Source: Deltaproteobacteria bacterium (GTDB taxonomy: Bacteria; Myxococcota_A; UBA9160; SMWR01). Taken from it: a stretch of DNA of 15,134 nt. Below, piece after piece: positions 1 to 8,480 of this stretch (positions are counted from its first letter, which is position 1; every line of letters begins with the position of its first letter). A model generated the notes under the pieces. It saw nothing but the letters and a program-made list of their open reading frames with translations. It was not told the DNA's origin and did no database searches. The stretch covers positions 1 to 15,134 of the forward strand of contig JAQBGU010000149.1 of NCBI GenBank assembly GCA_032128375.1, in the 5' to 3' direction. Position numbers and translations under genes: made by a program.

Positions 1-4
1 TGTC

Positions 5-193
5 ATGCTGAACGCCGCTGTTGATTCCTACCTCGCCCATCGTCGAGCCGCTGGATTTCAGTTGAGAGATCAGGAAGGCATTCTCCGTGACTTCACTCGA
101 TTCGCCTCTGCAGCGGGTGACGCCTTTGTCCGGTCCCGAACCGCCCTGGCGTGGATTCGGGTCCGGCATGGCAGCCCGCTGAGGAGCCGAGTC
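5..193 (+). pseudogene. N-terminal fragment of a RIT-element-type tyrosine recombinase (probably the middle gene of the trio); catalytic domain absent
   Basis: MLNAAVDSYLAHRRAAGFQLRDQEGILRDFTRFASAAGDAFVRSRTALAW resembles the N-terminus of RIT recombinases (xAVxxYLAxRRAxGFxL...L..F..F...TAxxW). Similarity stops at ~190, where transposase sequence begins. The ATG at 5 overlaps a possible upstream stop (tca tgc TGA, 3-11), as in tightly overlapped RIT genes. Confidence 0.7.
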
Positions 194-1065
194 TACATGC
201 CGACGTGGCCGTTCCAGCGCGAGATCGTCGCCGCCTCGAGCGACTCTGCCGCTACGTCGCACGGCCGCCAATCGCGATGGAGCGTCTCGAGGCCACGCCG
301 GACGGCCGCCTGTCCTATCGGCTCAAGACACACTGGCGCGATGGTACGACCCACATTCTGATGGAACGTAGTGAACTACTCGAACGACTCGCTCCGCTGA
401 TTCCACCCCCACGCGCCCACCAGGTCAGGTACCACGGACTGCTCGCGCCCTGTGCCAGTGGGCGAGATCGGGTGGTGGCCGCAAGGCCAGCGGATGCAGC
501 TCCTTTGAACCTCTCGAACCTCTCGAAGTTCCCGAACGCGACACAGGCGGGGCGACCCGGCGCGGGGGGTAGTCGCGAGACGGCTGATCCGGTTGAACAG
601 AGCGTGTCCCCCGGCGCAGTGACCGAACTCGACGCGGTGTCCCTCCGACCCACAAACGAATCCGGCGCCAGCAAGGACTCCACTGGCTCCCAGCCAGCGC
701 AGCCAGACCAGGCCGTCGGGAAAAGCGAGACGGATGCTTCGACCGAGTCAGCGCCAGCCGCGCGTCGATCGCGCCACCTCTGGGCCGAGCTGTTGCAGCG
801 AGTGTTTGGAATCGACGTCCTTTGCTGCCCGAACTGTGGAACGAAGATGCGTATCCTGGCAGCGATTACCGATCCAGAGGCGGCGCGCCGAATCTTGGAG
901 TGCTTGTCGCTACCGGCTCGGGCACCCCCCAATGCGCCCACGGAGTTCTCGGATCGAACACCCATGGCAGCGTTTGGCAACGTCGATGAAGGCGCCCCTG
1001 GCGATTTCTCCGAGTCCTTCGACTTCGATCAGTCCCCACCCCAGGAGTGGGATATCGGAGCGTAG
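190..1065 (+). pseudogene. IS91/ISCR-family rolling-circle transposase, 3' half only (5'-truncated)
   Basis: Motifs SLHADV..ARDRRRLERLCRYVARPP (single catalytic Tyr, ISCR-like), YRLKTHWRDGTTH, LIPPPRAHQVRYHGLLAP and C-terminal WAELLQRVFGIDVLCCPNCG.KMRILAAITDP. The N-terminal zinc-binding and HUH parts are missing. Confidence 0.9.
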
Positions 1066-1198
1066 CCAGGGGGCGCCAAAGCGGCGGCCCGACCCCAGCC
1101 GAGCATCGTCATCCGTCCCAAACAGCGGAGGTGCGTCCGCGATTCGGCAGACCTGCGCGCCGACCGGCACCCGCGCCGCCGGAAAAGCTTGAAATCGT

Positions 1199-1284
1199 CC
1201 CGGATCGGGAGACTGGCCTCCCCCTCGCAGCGATCCTCCATACCGAGACTGGTCACGAATCCCCGTCTTGTTTTCCCTACCCCC
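1199..1284 (+). repeat. 86-bp direct repeat, copy 1 (oriIS-like end)
   Basis: CCCGGATCGGGAGACTGG...GTCTTGTTTTCCCTACCCCC is identical base for base to 8732-8817. The flanking bases differ (1198 t vs 8731 g; 1285 g vs 8818 t). Confidence 0.97.
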
Positions 1285-1453
1285 GCAGAAGTCTCGCGAG
1301 GCCGATCGTCGGGGTTACATGAATCGTGGCCCGCGTTGTATGTCGCAGCTGAATCGCCGATCCGATTTGCTTCGTGGTGAGGTGCTTGACCGCGGCGAGA
1401 CGCAGCGCGATCCTTGAAGGTTCAATCAACCCTATCACCAATGGGAGATCGCA

Positions 1454-1822
1454 ATGTCGAGCGTCAGCCTTTATGACCGACTGGGTGGGGAAAAGAAGAT
1501 TCGGGCAATCGTTACCGATCTTCTTGCCTTGCATAAGCAAAACCCCGCCATATCAACTCGTTACGACAATGCCAAGAAGAGCGATGCGGAGATCATCGGT
1601 CTCGTGGTCGACCTCTTGGGCTCAGCTACAGGTGGACCCCAGCAGTACACCGGAATGGACATGACGACGGCCCACAAGGGAATGAACTGTTCCGAAGCTG
1701 AGTTCGTCGCGGTGTTAGATGACCTCTTGGAAGCCCTCTCGAAGCACGACGTCGGTGAAATCGAGAAGGCCGAGGTTCTGGCGCTCAATTACGGTCTGAA
1801 GAACGAGATCGTTCACGTTTAG
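1454..1822 (+). CDS. Group I-like truncated (2/2) haemoglobin
   Basis: SLYDRLGG start, TGGPQQYTGMDMTTAHKGMN with the proximal His, 122 aa, GGGAGA RBS upstream. Confidence 0.88.
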   Translation: MSSVSLYDRLGGEKKIRAIVTDLLALHKQNPAISTRYDNAKKSDAEIIGLVVDLLGSATGGPQQYTGMDMTTAHKGMNCSEAEFVAVLDDLLEALSKHDVGEIEKAEVLALNYGLKNEIVHV

Positions 1823-1877
1823 AGACGGAGTCCGCGACGGGCAGCTTCGGTTTCGCGAATCTTCCAATACGCTCTCC

Positions 1878-2216
1878 GTGGAATCCAATGTTGATCCGAA
1901 AGAAGCTTTCGTCGCATCGCTATCGAGTTGCCACATGCTCTTCTTTCTTGCGATCGCCGCAAAGAACAGCTTCGTCGTCGATGAATACATCGATGACGCG
2001 GTTCGCGTCATGGAAAGGGATGAAGGCGGAAAGATGGCGATGACCCGAGTGACTATTCGACCCATGGTCAAGTTCTCTGGCGACAAACGCCCAAAGATGA
2101 AGGATCTCGAACGCATCCATCATCAATCTCACGAGCAATGTTTTATCGCCAATTCGGTGAAGACGACAGTCGTTACGGAACTCGTGCCCAACGACACGAT
2201 GAAATCCGGCGCTTGA
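1878..2216 (+). pseudogene. OsmC/Ohr-family protein, 5'-truncated
   Basis: NVDPKEAFVASLSSCHMLFFL and HEQCFIANSVKT contain both conserved Cys. The usual N-terminal ~45 aa do not fit in the 55 bp after the haemoglobin stop and are not seen in any frame. Confidence 0.8.
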
Positions 2217-2241
2217 CCGCTCGTTTCCTCGCTCTCACGCA

Positions 2242-2643
2242 ATGACGAACCATCTCTTTGTGTACGGCTCGCTCCGGAGTGACATCGGGAATAGCATGTT
2301 CCACCTGATGGCTGAGCACGCTCAGTTGGTTGGGCACGCCCGAATCCACGGCCGCCTCTACGATCTTGGTGATTATCCTGGTGTTGTTTTGTCCGCCGGG
2401 GAGGATCGGTGGGTTGTTGGGCAGGTATACGCGCTCGACACTGAGAGCGATGTGCTCGCACGACTCGACGAATACGAGCGTTGTGGACCGCAAGATCCGC
2501 AGCCGCACGACTTTGCTAGGATCGCGTGCGAGATCACATCGGACGACGGAAAGGCGACACGTGCCTGGGTCTACGAATTCAAGGGACAGCTCGAGGGAAA
2601 GCGAGAGATCGCTTCCGGGGACTACTTTGAAGCTGCTCTCTAA
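2242..2643 (+). CDS. Gamma-glutamylcyclotransferase (GGCT/AIG2-like) family protein
   Basis: LFVYGSLR, GRLYDLGDYPG, V.GQVY, LDEYE and AWVY motifs. Confidence 0.9.
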   Translation: MTNHLFVYGSLRSDIGNSMFHLMAEHAQLVGHARIHGRLYDLGDYPGVVLSAGEDRWVVGQVYALDTESDVLARLDEYERCGPQDPQPHDFARIACEITSDDGKATRAWVYEFKGQLEGKREIASGDYFEAAL

Positions 2644-2722
2644 CGATCGCTAGTAGGGTTGGTGTATCCCGTCAGCAAGATTCGGACATTTGGTCAGGGG
2701 TTCGTGACCGTCGAAACTCTGG

Positions 2723-2860
2723 CTAGCGATTTCGTTGCGCGATCCAGATCGTGCGACCTCCGCAATTCGGATCTTCGATGTCGTGCGATACGACGTCGCA
2801 GCCGTTTTCGTCCAACCGGTCAACGTCCTCTTCGGAGTCGAGGCTCGCGAGATCGATCAT
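2723..2860 (-). pseudogene. C-terminal remnant of a class I SAM-dependent methyltransferase
   Basis: Hand translation gives MIDLASLDSEEDVDRLDENGCDVVSHDIEDPNCGGRTIWIAQRNR*, resembling the C-terminal HASLDxxEY..LL..NGFxVV.H..EDPxCGG.TxWLA segment of that family. Not in the ORF track. Confidence 0.55.
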
Positions 2861-2960
2861 TTGGGTACTCTAGCGGTGGCGTTCCCGGGCGTGCGGTGCA
2901 GGAACAGGCTTCGAATCCAGTTGTCGCCGGGCCGCGTAGTTCTAGAACGGGAGAAACAAG

Positions 2961-3329
2961 ATGGTTGGATACACGACGGTCGGAACCAACGAGTTCGAGC
3001 GGGCTGCGGCGTTCTACGACGAACTCCTCGCAACCCTCGGTGCGAAACGGCTGATGGAGTTCGAAGGCTTCATCGTCTGGGGTACGTCGCTTGATCAAGG
3101 ATGCCTCGCTCTTACGAAGCCGTACGATCAAAAGGCAGCCACTGTTGGAAACGGCGTGATGGTCGCGATCCGCGTGGATTCGCGGGATGTCGCCAACGCG
3201 TTCTACAACAAGGCGATCGAACTCGGTGCACAAGATGAGGGTCCGCCCGGTCCGCGAGGCGAAGGATTCTACGCGGCGTACTTCCGAGATCTCGATGGGA
3301 ACAAACTCAACGCGTTCGTACTCGGTTAG
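2961..3329 (+). CDS. VOC/glyoxalase family protein
   Basis: MVGYTTVGTN..ERAAAFYD, ATVGNGVMVA, GAQDEGPPGPR, FYAAYFRDLDGNKL; GGGAGA RBS. Confidence 0.92.
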   Translation: MVGYTTVGTNEFERAAAFYDELLATLGAKRLMEFEGFIVWGTSLDQGCLALTKPYDQKAATVGNGVMVAIRVDSRDVANAFYNKAIELGAQDEGPPGPRGEGFYAAYFRDLDGNKLNAFVLG

Positions 3330-3361
3330 GTCGAACATTTGAACTGCAACACGAGGCAGTC

Positions 3362-3859
3362 GTGAACTGGGAAGCCATCGGCGCGATTGGTGAGATCATC
3401 GGCGCCGGCGCCGTCTTTATTACGCTCGGTTACATCGCAGTTCAGGTGCGTCAGAACACGCGAGCGATGAAGTCGAATGCGTACAGCTCGATCTTCGACA
3501 TTCATCTGGCTACCGAGCAGAACGGCAAATACATCGCCCTGCTCTTCAAGTCACAACGCAAAGAACAACTTACGCCTGAAGAACGTGCGCTGATGGTCGA
3601 GCGCTTTCTAACCCTCATGAAAGGGCAAGAGAGAGTCTGGTATCAGCAACAAATCGGCGTACTGACCGAAGATCAATTCGAGCAGCAGCTTGATCTTCTA
3701 CGTTGGACTTTGTCGATGCCGCAGGCTCGCCGAATGTGGGTGCACCTGGCTCACATCTTCGATCCGAAGTTCCGTGCTGTCGTCGAATCGCGAGTGTTGG
3801 CCGAACATGCTCCTCGAAGCGCATTGATAGGGGCTTCGATGGCGATTGACCGTGAGTGA
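3362..3859 (+). CDS. Hypothetical protein with N-terminal membrane anchor (MNWEAIGAIGEIIGA type)
   Basis: GTG start after GAGG; hydrophobic N-terminal helix followed by Q.RQNT.A; 165 aa open frame. Confidence 0.75.
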   Translation: MNWEAIGAIGEIIGAGAVFITLGYIAVQVRQNTRAMKSNAYSSIFDIHLATEQNGKYIALLFKSQRKEQLTPEERALMVERFLTLMKGQERVWYQQQIGVLTEDQFEQQLDLLRWTLSMPQARRMWVHLAHIFDPKFRAVVESRVLAEHAPRSALIGASMAIDRE

Positions 3860-3979
3860 GTCGATCCATACCCACTCGTTGAAATGTCGGGGCGCGAGCA
3901 GTAGGTGCTTGCGATGTCCACTAACGGGCCATTCCAGCTTTCCCGAGACAGCGGCGCTGAAGCAATGCAGAGGAAACAA

Positions 3980-4330
3980 ATGGAGCCCAAACTTTTTGCG
4001 ACGGTCTTCGGCACGGTCTTTCTTGTAGAACTCGGCAACAAGACCCAGCTCGCGACACTTTTCTACGCATCGAATGCTGCGAACCCCAACCTGACTGTGT
4101 TTTCTGCATCGGCAGCCGCGCTCGTTCTCGTCTCGGCGTTGGGAGTCTTGGCTGGCACGTTGGTTTCCGATTGCGTGAACCCAAACGCGATGCGTAGGTT
4201 CGCTGGCTTGGGCTTTGCGGCATCTGGCATTCGGTTCGAGCCGAAATCTCTCGCGACCCCGCCGACACTGCCGCGTTCGACCGGGTTATGTTCGAAAGCT
4301 ACGGACGCACGTATCAGTTCCTTGATCTGA
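3980..4330 (+). pseudogene. TMEM165/GDT1 (UPF0016) family half-transporter, degenerate, with a foreign 3' end
   Basis: ATG at 3980 after GAGG. VFLVELGNKTQLATL corresponds to the ExGDKTQ motif with D>N. Similarity ends at ~4233 (AGLGFAASGI), after which the frame reads into unrelated sequence. Confidence 0.75.
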
Positions 4331-4422
4331 TCGCGCGCATGTCGTCCCACGAAATCCCCATTCATCTTGCGTCGCGGTCGCCATAGCCTCTCGCGAAGTA
4401 CGACCAATGACGGAGCGCGGTC

Positions 4423-4721
4423 TCAGACCCAGGCAAGCGCCTGTTCGAGGATCCTCGTCGCTCATTCCCTCCTTCCTTCGCACATGCTCCATGTGCGATG
4501 ACGAGTCGCTCGGGCTCCCACGCCAACACTCGCGCTCGTGCTTCCCTCGCGGGCCCTCGACGCAAGAAGCTTGCGCGCCATTCGCGAGGCGTGCTTCCGG
4601 AGTCACCCACCAACCGGTCTTCTAGCCGCGCGATCGCCATGCGGGTTGGATACGGAAAACTCAAGAACTGGAACGTGGCTCCGTCGGCGATATATAGAGA
4701 AGCACCGAACTCTTGAAGCAT
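4423..4721 (-). pseudogene. DUF4336-family gene with a large in-frame internal deletion and a 3' frameshift
   Basis: N-terminal FPYPTRMAIARL is joined directly to C-terminal LVGDSGSTPREWRASFLRR..LAWEPERLVIAHG. The natural-looking end ATRILEQALAWV* (stop 4423-4425) is in another frame. Confidence 0.8.
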
Positions 4722-4880
4722 GGAGAAAGACTACATTGGTGTTCACGCGACACCATGAAGCTTGCCATCAAATGGTAACACCGGAATCGCCGCTGTACCG
4801 TTTGGCCTGTATATCGTGTCGCTGCGGCACAAAGCATCGCGGCAAGATACCGACGAGTTGAACCGCAGGAACCCAGTCGC

Positions 4881-5558
4881 ATGTCGCTAGTTCAACATGA
4901 CACCGATCTCTTTAGCGTTGAGCATGAGTTCGGCTGGCAAGCTGGGTTGGTCACGATCCCGGTTCGCATGACGGTGGTTCGACTGAGCGACGGTCAGCTC
5001 ATTCTGCATTCGCCTGTTCCAGTTTCACCAGAGCTTCGCTTAGAACTCGAGGCGCTGGGCCGCGTGGGCTACATCATTGTTCCGCGCGCCCACGGCAGGT
5101 TCGTAGCCGAGGTGTCGCAACTCTTTCCCGATGCTCAGCTGATGGCCGCGCCGGCTTCTCCCTCGCGCCGGCTGAAGTCGCAGTTTCAAGCTTCGCTCGC
5201 CAATCAGCCCCCTGCGGCATGGGCGGGCGAGCTTGAAAGCTATTTGGTGCGCGGTTTTCGTCTCGATGAGGTCGTGCTCTTTCACCCTTCGACCCGCACG
5301 CTCATCATTACCGACCTGTGCTTCAACATTCATCATGCATCAACGCGACTTTCATTGTTCTTTTTCAAGGCGAACGGGATGTGGGAGTACTTCGGCCCGA
5401 GCCGCTTGATCCGGCGGCTCGCGGTATCGAATCGAGTGGTCATGCGCGAGTCGTTGGAGAAGGTGTTGGAGTGCGACTTCGAGCGCGTCGTGCCAGGGCA
5501 CGGAGACGTCATCGAACACGGTGGACCGGATGCGTTGCGCGCCGCTTGGCGGATGTGA
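4881..5558 (+). CDS. DUF4336 domain protein (metallo-beta-lactamase-like fold)
   Basis: RMTVVRLSDGQLILHSPV, EVVLFHPSTRTLIITDL and DFERVVPGHG motifs; intact 225 aa. Confidence 0.88.
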   Translation: MSLVQHDTDLFSVEHEFGWQAGLVTIPVRMTVVRLSDGQLILHSPVPVSPELRLELEALGRVGYIIVPRAHGRFVAEVSQLFPDAQLMAAPASPSRRLKSQFQASLANQPPAAWAGELESYLVRGFRLDEVVLFHPSTRTLIITDLCFNIHHASTRLSLFFFKANGMWEYFGPSRLIRRLAVSNRVVMRESLEKVLECDFERVVPGHGDVIEHGGPDALRAAWRM

Positions 5559-5654
5559 AGCGCCGGACCGCAACTTACGGCCGGTCGCGAGACCGCCCAT
5601 GATGTATTCGCTTTAGAAGTAAGCGCGACAACTTCGATCGAGCTGGGCAAGGGC

Positions 5655-6869
5655 TCAACTCGGTCGGGTCGTGGACTGCCTCAACATCTGCATGATCGAA
5701 TTCGGCAGGTTCCCCATCGCGTCCGCAAGTTCGAGACTCGGCACGCCTCCAAATACTTCGAACGCCCGCCGCAAGACGCGGTCATCCCAGATGTTCTTGT
5801 GTTCAACGCTCGGCGGAGAGTCGCCACTCAAGACCTTGCCGATACCCCCGTCGAGCCAAGCGACGACGACCCGATTCGCAATGTCCACGACGAACGGCGT
5901 GAGATGCGGGTCGCCGAGGAAACCGTCTTTTGCGTCACTGGGTGTGAGTCGCATGTTGTCGAGCAGCCAGCTCATCGACAACATGTCGTGTGCAACCACC
6001 GAGGAGCTCGCGATGATGAGGCCGGTATCAGGTTCGCGTATGTAGCCGCTGTCGGGACCGAAGGTGCTCACCACCTTGGTCGCCGTGGTGACGACGAGTC
6101 GTTGCTTTGCGACGAGGCTCGGCACCGAATTCGCTTCGGCGGTCTTCTCTGGAAGCGACGAACCTTTGTAGTGATAGTCGAGTCGCGAATCGTGCCGCCA
6201 CCATCCGACGGCGGCTTTGAGCCCGAGCGTGCTGCCGGCGAGAAGATGCCGTGCGCAACGCGGCATCAAAATAATGTGATCCACTTCGTCAACCACGTTG
6301 GGCATCATGACGTCCGCTGGCCACGACGGTCCCATGGCGGGACGCTCTTCGTGAAATGAATCCCAGCCCGTCTCTTCAAAGGCATGGATTTCGGCGCCCG
6401 CGACTTCAGCGGCTTGGGCCATCTTGTTTTTGGTCATCAACGCGCGCGTGCTTCCGCTCGTTCGGTCCTTGCTGAAGCGAACGGCCTGGACGCCCGACAT
6501 GTCCGCGACGATGATCTTTCCGGCACCGCGCTCCTTCAGCAGTGCAATCATTGCCCGCAATGAAACGAGGTCCGTCGTAAAGGGATAGTCGCCGCCAGAA
6601 TTGCATACGGTCTTGATCAGTACGCGATCGCCGCGACTGAGGCACGAAAAGTCACTCGCTTCCGATGCGGCGCGTCGCACCGCGTCCGCTCTGGCCTCGT
6701 CGGAAGATCCCTTCGCAACACCTGCGAGTGCGGCAAACGCCATTCCTCCCTGCTTGGCGAGGGGGCCCGGGTCCGCTGACGGTGCGCTTCGGGCAGCAAA
6801 CGGGAGCGCCAGTGCAGCGATTCCACTTGCCCCCAACGCGCCAAAGTGTCTTCGTGTGATTGGATGCAT
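5655..6869 (-). CDS. DUF362 domain protein with Tat signal peptide
   Basis: Likely start MHPITRRHFGALG (twin-Arg, hydrophobic stretch, ARS/A) after GGAG. GDRVLIKTVCNS, VDEVDHIILMP..ARH.LAG.TLGLK.AVG and S...VAHD motifs of DUF362. Confidence 0.8.
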   Translation of the reverse strand: MHPITRRHFGALGASGIAALALPFAARSAPSADPGPLAKQGGMAFAALAGVAKGSSDEARADAVRRAASEASDFSCLSRGDRVLIKTVCNSGGDYPFTTDLVSLRAMIALLKERGAGKIIVADMSGVQAVRFSKDRTSGSTRALMTKNKMAQAAEVAGAEIHAFEETGWDSFHEERPAMGPSWPADVMMPNVVDEVDHIILMPRCARHLLAGSTLGLKAAVGWWRHDSRLDYHYKGSSLPEKTAEANSVPSLVAKQRLVVTTATKVVSTFGPDSGYIREPDTGLIIASSSVVAHDMLSMSWLLDNMRLTPSDAKDGFLGDPHLTPFVVDIANRVVVAWLDGGIGKVLSGDSPPSVEHKNIWDDRVLRRAFEVFGGVPSLELADAMGNLPNSIMQMLRQSTTRPS

Positions 6870-7060
6870 CGTCGGACTCCAAAGGGTTGGGTTCGCAAAC
6901 AAGATGGGAGTCTAGTGTCCGGTGGCGATGCGTGCCGCAGCACTGCGTGCACGAGTTTCGCGTCGCGCTGGTTAGCGGGGCTGGAAGTGCGGATGTAGCG
7001 TTCAAGCTCGGCGATATAGACATGGTGCTTGCTTGCGATTCATGGAGCCGACCGAAATCG

Positions 7061-7585
7061 ATGGAAGATCCGGCCTTCGCGACGCTCGAGACAGAACGTC
7101 TCGTCGCTCGCCGTTTCGACGAAATGGATGTCGCTGCGTTTGTCGCATATCGCAACGATCCAAACGTCGCCGAACTCCAAGGTTGGGACCTGCTCTACGA
7201 AACGAGCGAAGCCATCGAATTCATCGACGGTTTGCGAGGCATCGCGCCGGGAACACGGGGCGCCTGGTTCCAGTTCGCGGTGGGACTCTCGGGGAGCGGC
7301 GACTTGATCGGTGACGTTGCGCTGCGGACGACATCTGAAGATCCAACGCACGCAGAACTCGGCTTCAGTTTCGCCCCCGACTTCCAGGGGTGCGGCTACG
7401 CGTCAAGCCGTCCACGCGGTCGTCGACGACGCGACGACCGTGCTCCGAATTGGCGCATCTTTGCGATAACAGACTCGTACAATGTTCGTGCACGAAAACT
7501 CTTGGAGTCTCTCTCGTTTCGCTTGGAGCAGACGATCGCCAATAGTGCTGTGCTCTACAGTATCGAGTCGGAGGTGTCCCGATGA
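7061..7585 (+). CDS. GNAT acetyltransferase, RimJ/RimL type, with a short frameshifted internal segment
   Basis: LETERLVARRF, AYRNDP.VA..QGW, WFQFAV, LIGDVAL, AELGFSFAP.FQG.GYA, RIFAITD..N..ARKLLE.L.FR. Confidence 0.82.
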   Translation: MEDPAFATLETERLVARRFDEMDVAAFVAYRNDPNVAELQGWDLLYETSEAIEFIDGLRGIAPGTRGAWFQFAVGLSGSGDLIGDVALRTTSEDPTHAELGFSFAPDFQGCGYASSRPRGRRRRDDRAPNWRIFAITDSYNVRARKLLESLSFRLEQTIANSAVLYSIESEVSR

Positions 7586-7998
7586 GAAGACTCACGCTTG
7601 TGTTCGTCACAATCTGTCTTGCGCTGTTGACTTCATGTAGCAGCAGCGCCCAACTGACAAGCGAACAGCAAGAGTCTTCGCGCTCGTGGCTCGCGATCGT
7701 CGACGCGGTCGACTTCGAAGAGAGCTGGTCGCAAGCTTCCATGACCTTTCAATCCGCAGTGACCCAGCAGAGCTGGGTCGAACAAGTCCGCGCGGCACGA
7801 GGGCCCCTCGGCGCGCTCGAGCATCGGACCCAAACACGAGCCACGACACAAACGAATCCGCCGGGCGCACCGGACGGCGACTACATCATTGTCATTTACG
7901 ACTCTTCATTCGAGAACAAGGCGGAGGCGGTGGAGACACATTCCCTCCAATTAGAAGAAGCCGGGGTGTGGCGAACAGCTGGGCATTTCATCAGATAG
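7582..7998 (+). CDS. DUF4019 domain exported protein/lipoprotein
   Basis: Signal peptide with LLTSC lipobox-like motif; WLAIVD, R.PLG, PGAPDGDY, F.NK..AVET and WR.AG.FIR motifs; ATGA overlap with the GNAT stop. Confidence 0.85.
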   Translation: MRRLTLVFVTICLALLTSCSSSAQLTSEQQESSRSWLAIVDAVDFEESWSQASMTFQSAVTQQSWVEQVRAARGPLGALEHRTQTRATTQTNPPGAPDGDYIIVIYDSSFENKAEAVETHSLQLEEAGVWRTAGHFIR

Positions 7999-8014
7999 AT
8001 CGCGGCAGGAGCCG

Positions 8015-8446
8015 GTGTTGGATCAACGACTGAAGATTGCGCGCGTCCTCGTCAGTATTTGTGCGGCGTTCCTTGGGCTGGTTCCGCCGATCGTCGATTT
8101 CAGCGAGACGCATTTGCTGAACCCACTTTGGATCGGACATGCTCGCTTTCACACGATGTGGCTGCTCGCGACAAACGCGGCTGTGGCTCTGATTGCGATT
8201 ACCGTGCTTTGGCGAGAACTCATGGGGTCGCTTCGCTCGTCGGTGTTGCTTGGCGCAAGCCTGGTCGCCGCAATCCTCGGCGGGTTCTTTTTCGCGACCG
8301 CAACGCAGTCTGCGTACGATGGAGCCTTGACGGACCCCAACGGTGTTGCGATCACCGTGGGTCCACTCGACGCAAACGCGTCGATGTTTTCGCTGCTCGC
8401 GTGCATGGTCATCGCCGCGTTCGTTCTGACGCGCGAAAGCGACTAG
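8015..8446 (+). CDS. Small four-helix membrane protein (DUF6640-like)
   Basis: AGGAG RBS (the start may be TTG at 8018); THLLNPLWIGHARFH motif; four hydrophobic segments. Confidence 0.7.
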   Translation: MLDQRLKIARVLVSICAAFLGLVPPIVDFSETHLLNPLWIGHARFHTMWLLATNAAVALIAITVLWRELMGSLRSSVLLGASLVAAILGGFFFATATQSAYDGALTDPNGVAITVGPLDANASMFSLLACMVIAAFVLTRESD

Positions 8447-8480
8447 CAGGCAAGCACAGCGATCGAAGCGGAGGAACCTC

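Larger units (their letters stand above)
190..1284 (+). mobile_element. Truncated ISCR/IS91-like element ending in an oriIS-like terminus
   Basis: Transposase remnant followed ~220 bp later by GTCTTGTTTTCCCTACCCCC, which resembles the TTCCTATAC/C-type oriIS ends of IS91/ISCR elements in the expected position downstream of tnp. Confidence 0.7.

Noticed and set aside
151..189. GTG start giving a complete 304-aa transposase
   Set aside because: The first 13 codons are out-of-frame recombinase sequence and the HUH half is absent.
2954..6907. AAACAAGATGG at 2954, 6897 and (reverse) 6419, one mismatch from the reverse complement of part of the oriIS-like end
   Set aside because: Only 11 bp. One copy is an RBS spacer plus start codon, one is inside coding sequence, and none has the terminal CCTACC. 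Consistent with chance.
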